From NCBI RefSeq assembly GCF_009914755.1, contig NC_060927.1: 64,000 nt of DNA; one strand, given 5' to 3'. Numbering within the stretch: position 1 is the first letter of the stretch; every line of letters starts with the position of its first letter. Shown here in pieces: positions 58,254 through 64,000 of this stretch. The position numbers and the translations under genes were made by a program. This stretch comes from the human T2T-CHM13v2.0 reference genome, Homo sapiens. The notes under the pieces are model-generated. The model was not told the origin of the DNA, did not search any database, and was given only the letters and a program-made list of their open reading frames with translations.

Positions 58254-58664
58254 TGAGCAATAAAGCTTTTTGATCACCTGGGTGCAGGTGGGCTGAGTCC
58301 GAAAAGAGAGTCAGCTAAGGGGAGATAGGGGTGGGGCCGTTTTATAAGATTTGGGTAAGTAAAGGAAAATTACAGTCAAAGGGGGGTTGTTCTCTGGCGG
58401 GCAGGAGTGGGGGGTCACAAGGTGCTCAGTGGGGGAGCTTTTTGAGCCAGGATGTGCCAGGAGAAGGAATTTCACAAGGTAATGTCATCAGTTAAGGCAA
58501 GGACCAGCCATTTTCACTTCTTTTGTAGTGGAATGTCATCAGTTAAAGCAGGAACAGGCCATTTTCACTTCTTTTGTGATTCTTCAGTTACTTCAGGCCA
58601 TCTGGGTGTATACGTGCAGGTCACAGGGGATACGATGGGTTAGCTTGGGCTCAGAGGCCTGACA
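58254..58664 (-). promoter_or_regulatory. LTR7 (HERV-H 3' LTR): U3 and R, no U5
   Basis: Starts TGTCAGGCCTCTGAGCCCAAG; two U3 repeats; TATAAAA near 58339-58345; ends GCTTTATTGCTCA; polypurine tract at 58665-58679. Confidence 0.95.
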
Positions 58665-58837
58665 TTCTTGCCTTCTTATATTAATAAGAAAAATAACATA
58701 AAATAGTATTGAAGTGTTGGGACAGTGAAAAAAATATTTTTTTGGGGGGGCGGTGGCATGGAGAGTTAATGGGTGATGTTTCTCAGGGCTGCTTCGAGCA
58801 GGATTAGGGGCGGCATGGGAACCTAGAGTGAGAGAGG

Positions 58838-60591
58838 TCAAGTTGAAGGAGGATTTTGTGGTAAGGGGTGATATCGTGGGGTTGTTATAAGGAGCATTTG
58901 TCGTATAGAATGATTGGTGATGGTCTGGATACAGTTTTGGATGAATTGAGAAACTAAATGGAAGATACAAGGTCTGAATAAAAGAAGGAAAAAAATAGGT
59001 ATTAAAGGACTAAGAATTGGGAGGACCCAGGACATGGAATTAGAGAGTGCCCAAGGGGGTTCAGCATAATTACTTGCTTGGTTGGCAAGTTTTTGGGCTC
59101 TATCCTTGAGTTTTTTTATGTTGTCATACACCAGGCCAGATTGATTTAGGTAAAAACAACACTCTTCATTTAAAAATATACAGAGTCCTCCCTTCTCAGC
59201 AGTGAGTAAATGAAGGCCTCGGCGGTTTTGGAGGACAACTGCAGCTAGAGTCAACTTGGGCCTGGAGGACTGATAAAGTTTGTGATATGTATGTGATGCT
59301 AGCAGAGAAGTCATTAGAGAGGCTACGGAAAGTCGTGACAGAGGTTGCCTGCTATTCCAGTAGGGAGACCAATAGTGGAGGCAGAAAGTCCTAAACCGAC
59401 AAGCAAGGGAATTAGTGGAATAACTCTTTTTTGTCGTGTCGGTGTCATGAGGGGAACAGGGAGCTCTTCGGTCTCATTTGCAAATTGAATTTAGGTGGTA
59501 AGGAAAACTAGTGTGCATGTGCCTGTCCAATTAGCAGGTAGACACATGTAGGTAGAGGATCCACAGAGGAAGAAGAGACCCTGTGCGAGGCAAAACTGGA
59601 GATGCAAAGTAAAAAGATGAGAAGGAGTACCGAAAGGAGTGTCTTGTACTGAGACTCCTAGGGATCCAGCTAGGGTGGCAGCTGTCAGAGGTTGTAATGG
59701 GGACTGATGAGGTAACTGCATAGAAGGGGAGGTTTGATTTTCATGGTGTATGAGAAAACGTTGAGTATCTACGAGCAACCTTTCACTGTTATTTTCGGGG
59801 CTGGGTATAAGTAAACAAGAGGGCCTGGGAGGAGAGTTTGACGAGCAAGGGGAAGGTAGCCAAGGATGGAGTGAAATACAGGGTAAATGTCTTCCTAAGC
59901 AATAATTACTGCTATTATTTTTAAGTTTGTCAGTATTGATAGAGGGCTTATCTGTAATATGGAGCTGGAATGCTCCAGTTGTTTCAGTGATGTGTGTAGT
60001 TGGTCTTTGGAGATGAAGAGTAAAGGAACATCAAGAAGGTGAAAGGTTACCCAGGGGAATTCCAGTGGGTCTTTGCTGAGAGATACATAAAGGAGTGGCC
60101 ACAGGAATAGTAGTTTGTGTTGTGAGAGGTCCAAATATGGGGGGAGTAGAGTTGATATAAGGAGAAAGGTTTTTTATGTAAGTGTGGAGGAGGGCGGCAG
60201 CTTGCTGGTGTGAAATGTCTGGGGACGTTTTGCTGGACCTGTCTAGAAAGTAAATGAGTTCTTCAGGAGGGTAAAGGTGAGGGCTGTTAAAGGAAGTTTG
60301 GAGGTGTAGGGAGACAGGAGATGTTGCCCAGTCTGTCTGTAAGGCGGGGACAGCTGTGTAGGAAGAAGGACAGCTGGAAGAAAGGGAAATGCAAAGCCAG
60401 CAGTTGTTCGCTAAGGAGGGATTAGAAGCGGCTAGGAGAGAATGGGTAAGGTTGATAGTGTGGTGGAGATAGCTGGGGAGAGGTAGAGGGTGGCACAAGA
60501 ATGGGAATGAGAATAAGAGTGAATATAAAAGTAAAGAATATAACTTCATCAGGGTGACAGTATTGGAGGGTCCCCTGCCAGCAAAGATCAT
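58838..60591 (-). pseudogene. env: HERV-H env, near full length, with 2 stops and 2 frameshifts
   Basis: MIFAG start, CWLC, furin site RQKR (59425-59436), ISD LQNRRGLHLLTAEKGGL, CX6CC and TM segment; stops at 60031 and 59491; frameshifts near 59346 and 59246. Confidence 0.93.
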
Positions 60592-60849
60592 CTATCCACT
60601 CTAAGAGGGAGTCAAGAGTGGCGGTTTGGGGATAGCACCAAGAGATATCAGCTATGTTGGCTTGGAGAAACAGTGTAAACCAGCAGTGTAAATAAGAGTA
60701 GGGCATTTATAAGTAGTTGCGAACGAAGAATAGGAGTATGACTAGACAGAAGATAGGGATGACTAGTTTTGGGGGCTCAGTCCAAGTAGTGGGGGTGACT
60801 TTGTAAAGACCTGTTGCAAAAAGTAGGGTAAAGATGAACAGACCTAATA

Positions 60850-63800
60850 GAATGAAGGGATGTATTAGGCTCATAAGGGTTATTGCTGTTCTTCAGAAAT
60901 ACGAGTGAGTTTAAGGGAAGTAGGGGAGAGTACTTGCGACTTCCAGGAGAAAGAGGAGGGATTAGGCTGGCTGTCCAACCGACACAGCTTTATTCTGAAG
61001 CGGTGAACCCAATGGGGAGGGTCCTGCAGGCAGACAGCAGTTGGAGTACTATAGATGACTAAGTAGGGTCTGGTCCATCAAGGTTGTAGAGTTTGAGGGG
61101 TCAGATTCTTAACAAGAACTGATCGTCCAGCTAGGATGTCTTCATATGGCTGAGAATCTGGAGTAGGCAAGAGAAGATTAGCAAGAGAAGATTAGACTAG
61201 ATAGGAATGGCGAATTTCCTGTCTAGTCTGCTGGAGGACTGGAATATATTCACCTAGGGGGCTGGTGTCTGGGACGAGGTTGGGGCTGAGTAAGAAAGCG
61301 CATCCGTATACAAGTTCAAATGGACTGTACCCTGTAGCATCTCGAGGACAGGCTCTTAATTCTGAGAAGGGCAAGAGGTAAAAGTACTGTCCAGTCCTTT
61401 TTAAGTTGGAGGCTGAGCTTGGTGAGGTGTGTCTTTCAAAGACCACGAGTCCGTTCTGCCTTTCCTGAAGATTGAAGACGATAAGGGATATGAAGTTTCC
61501 ACTGAATACCAAGAGCCTGAGAAGCTGCTTGGGTGATTTGACTAGTAAAGGCCGGTCTGTTATCAGACTGTATAGAGGTGGGAAGGCCAAACTAAGAAAT
61601 TGTATCTGACAGAAGGGAAGAAATGACTGTGGTGGACTTCTCAGACCCTGCGGGAAAGGCCTCTACCCATCCAGTGAAAGTGTCTACCCAGACCAAGAGT
61701 TATTTTAGTTTCCTGATCTGGGGCATGTGAATAAAGTCAATTTGCCAGTCCTGGGCAGGGACAAATACCCGAGCTTGATGTGTAGGAAAGGGAGGGGGGC
61801 CCTGAACAATCCCTGAGGGGTAGTAGAATAGCAGATGGAACACTGAGAAGTGATTTCCCTGAGGATAGATTTCCACGATGGAAAGGAGATGAGAGGTTCT
61901 AAGAGATGAGATAGCAGCTTGTAACCTACATGGAAGAGGTTATGAAATCATGACAGAATAGAATGGGCCTGTGAGGCTGGAAGGAGATATTTTCCTTGGT
62001 CTAAGAACCATTTGCCTTGTGTGGGAAGAGATTGATAGGTGGAAGTTTCAGCAGGGGAATAGGTGGGAGTGACCCATGTGAAGGAGAAAGAAGTTGGAAT
62101 GCTAGCTGCTTGTCTAGCCACCTTATCAGCATAAGCGTTGCCTAGAGCAATGGGATCTGACACCTTTTGATGGCCTTTGCAGTGAATGACTCAAGTTTCC
62201 TTTGGAAGTAAAGCGGCCTTGAGCAGAGTTTTTATTAAAGAGGCATTAATGCTGGAGGACCCTTGCGTAGTGAGGAAACCTCTTTCAGCCCATATAACAG
62301 CATGGTGGTGCAGAATATGGAAGGCATATTTAGAGTCAGTATAAGTATTGACATGTTGTCCTTTTGCAAGAGTGAGGGCCTGAGTTGAGGCAACTAATTT
62401 GGCTTGCTGAGAGGTAGTGGAGGCGGGCAGAGCAGTAGCCTCAATGATAGGTGTGGAAGATACTATAGCATAGCCTGCCTTTGCTGGTGAGTGGTGATTA
62501 GCCTGGTGGAGCTGCCATCAATAAACCAAGTGTGTTCAGGGTGAGGAACATGAAAGAATATGGGGAAATGGAGTGAATGTCAGGTGGATCAGAGACATAC
62601 AGTCATGGGGGTCAGGTGTGGTATCAGGAATAATGTGGGAAGCCGGATTGGAGTCCGGGTGAGGAACAATGGTAACTGTGGGAAACTTAGCAAAGAGTGA
62701 GTACAGCTGAAGGAGCCAGGGAGCAGAAAGTATATGTGTCAGGTGTGAGGAAGAAAATAGATTTTGGAAGTTATGAGAACTGTAGAGAGTGAGTTGAGCA
62801 TAGTTTGTGATTTTGAGGGCCTCTAAAAGTATTAGGGTGGTGGCAGCCACCGCACGCAGACATCAGGGCTAGGCTAAAACAGTAAGGTCAAGTTGTTTGG
62901 ATAAAAAGGCTACAGGGCACAGTCCCGGTTCTTGTGTAAGAATTCCGACTGCATAGCCCTGCAGTTCGGCTGTGTGTAATGAAAAGGGTTGGGATGAGTC
63001 AGGGAGAGCTAGTGTGGGGGCAGTCTCTAAAGCTGTCTTCAAGGAATGGAAAGAGGAGTGGGGAAAGGATTTAGGATCTATGGGATCAGCTAGGTTTCCT
63101 TTTGTGAGTTTATCTAATGGTTTTCTTAGGATGGCAAAACCAGGTACCTAAAGTCAAAAGTATCCAACCATGCCTAGGAAGGAAAAAGAGTTGTTTTGTA
63201 GAAGGTGTTGGGGTTTGAGAGATCAGTTGGACATGATTAGCAGGGAGAGCATTTGTGTTTTTATGAGAGTTATGCCGAGATAGGTAACAGATGAGGAAGA
63301 AATTGGGCTTTACTGACAGTGGGGGCTGTCTGTGAAGGCTTGCGGCAGTACGGCCCAGGTAATTTGCTGAGCCTGATGGGTGTCAGGGTCAGTCCAAGTG
63401 AAAGCGAAGAGAGGCTGGGATAAAGGGTACAAAGGAATAGTAAAGAAAGCATGTTTGAGATCCAGAACAGAAAAATGGGTTGTGGAGGGAGGTATTGAGG
63501 ATAGGAGAGTATATGGGTTTGGCACCACGGGGTGGATAGGCAAAACAATTTGGTTGATAAGGGGCAGATTCTGAACTAACCTGTAAGCCTTGTCTGGTTT
63601 TTGAACAGGTAAAATGGGGGAATTGTAAGGGGAGTTTATAGGCCTTAAAAGGCCGTGCTGTAGCAGGCGAGTGATAACAGGCTTTAATCTTTTTAAAGCA
63701 TGCCGTGGGATGGGATATTGGCATTGAGTGGGGTAAGGGTGATTAGGTTTTAATGGGATGGTAAGGTGCATGATGGGTCACTAAGGAGGGAGTAGAGGTG
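60850..63800 (-). pseudogene. pol: HERV-H pol (RT-RNase H-IN), disrupted; YxDD region deleted
   Basis: NSPILPVQKP, VLDLKHAFF, LPQAFTDSP then a jump to TYLG; GNAYADKVA (RNase H); GYSPFELVYG (IN); boundaries approximate. Confidence 0.9.
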
Positions 63801-64000
63801 TCCTATACTTGTGGTTTAAGGTGGGGAGATACAAGGGGAGGATGTGAAGGAGGGTTTGAATTGGAGAAAAGGGTGGCAATGAGGTGTGGCTGTAGCCTAG
63901 GAATAGTCAGGGAAGCAGATAATTTAATTAAAATGTTTCTGCCTAATAAGGGAACTGGGCAGGTGGGGATAACTAAAAAGGAGTGCTTAGAAGAGTATTG

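Larger units (their letters stand above)
58254..64000 (-). mobile_element. HERV-H (pro-pol-env-LTR7), continuing past the window end
   Basis: Protease C-terminus (PVPLLGRNIL), RT, RNase H, integrase, env and LTR7 in retroviral order. Confidence 0.96.

Noticed and set aside
58470-58580. Tandem repeat of about 50 bp in the HERV-H LTR
   Set aside because: A standard feature of LTR7 U3.

Overview
This is primate genomic DNA, most likely human or another ape, given the Alu, L1PA, THE1, HERV-W LTR17 and HERV-H content. It is non-genic or intronic and dominated by transposable elements; no intact protein-coding gene is evident. Main elements: an old minus-strand L1MB split by a full-length L1PA15/16-like copy (+, itself carrying MSTA and AluJ) and a full-length L1PA5-like copy (-); an ORF1-deleted L1PB1 inside an ERV1 LTR; many solo MaLR/ERV LTRs; hAT/Tigger MITEs; and a minus-strand HERV-H (pro/pol/env/LTR7) running off the right edge. 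Two observations stand out. (i) Three separate integrants end at an LTR polyadenylation site followed by an A-tail, the signature of L1-mediated mobilisation: HERV-H, a HERV-W LTR17 piece, and an L1 3' transduction ending in MER39. (ii) Coding-looking, splice-flanked but decayed segments lie on the minus strand (about 46 kb, 54 kb and 12 kb) and may be remnants of a dead gene. Family and subfamily names come from recalled consensus sequences, not a database search. I found no evidence for a wholly new biological system.
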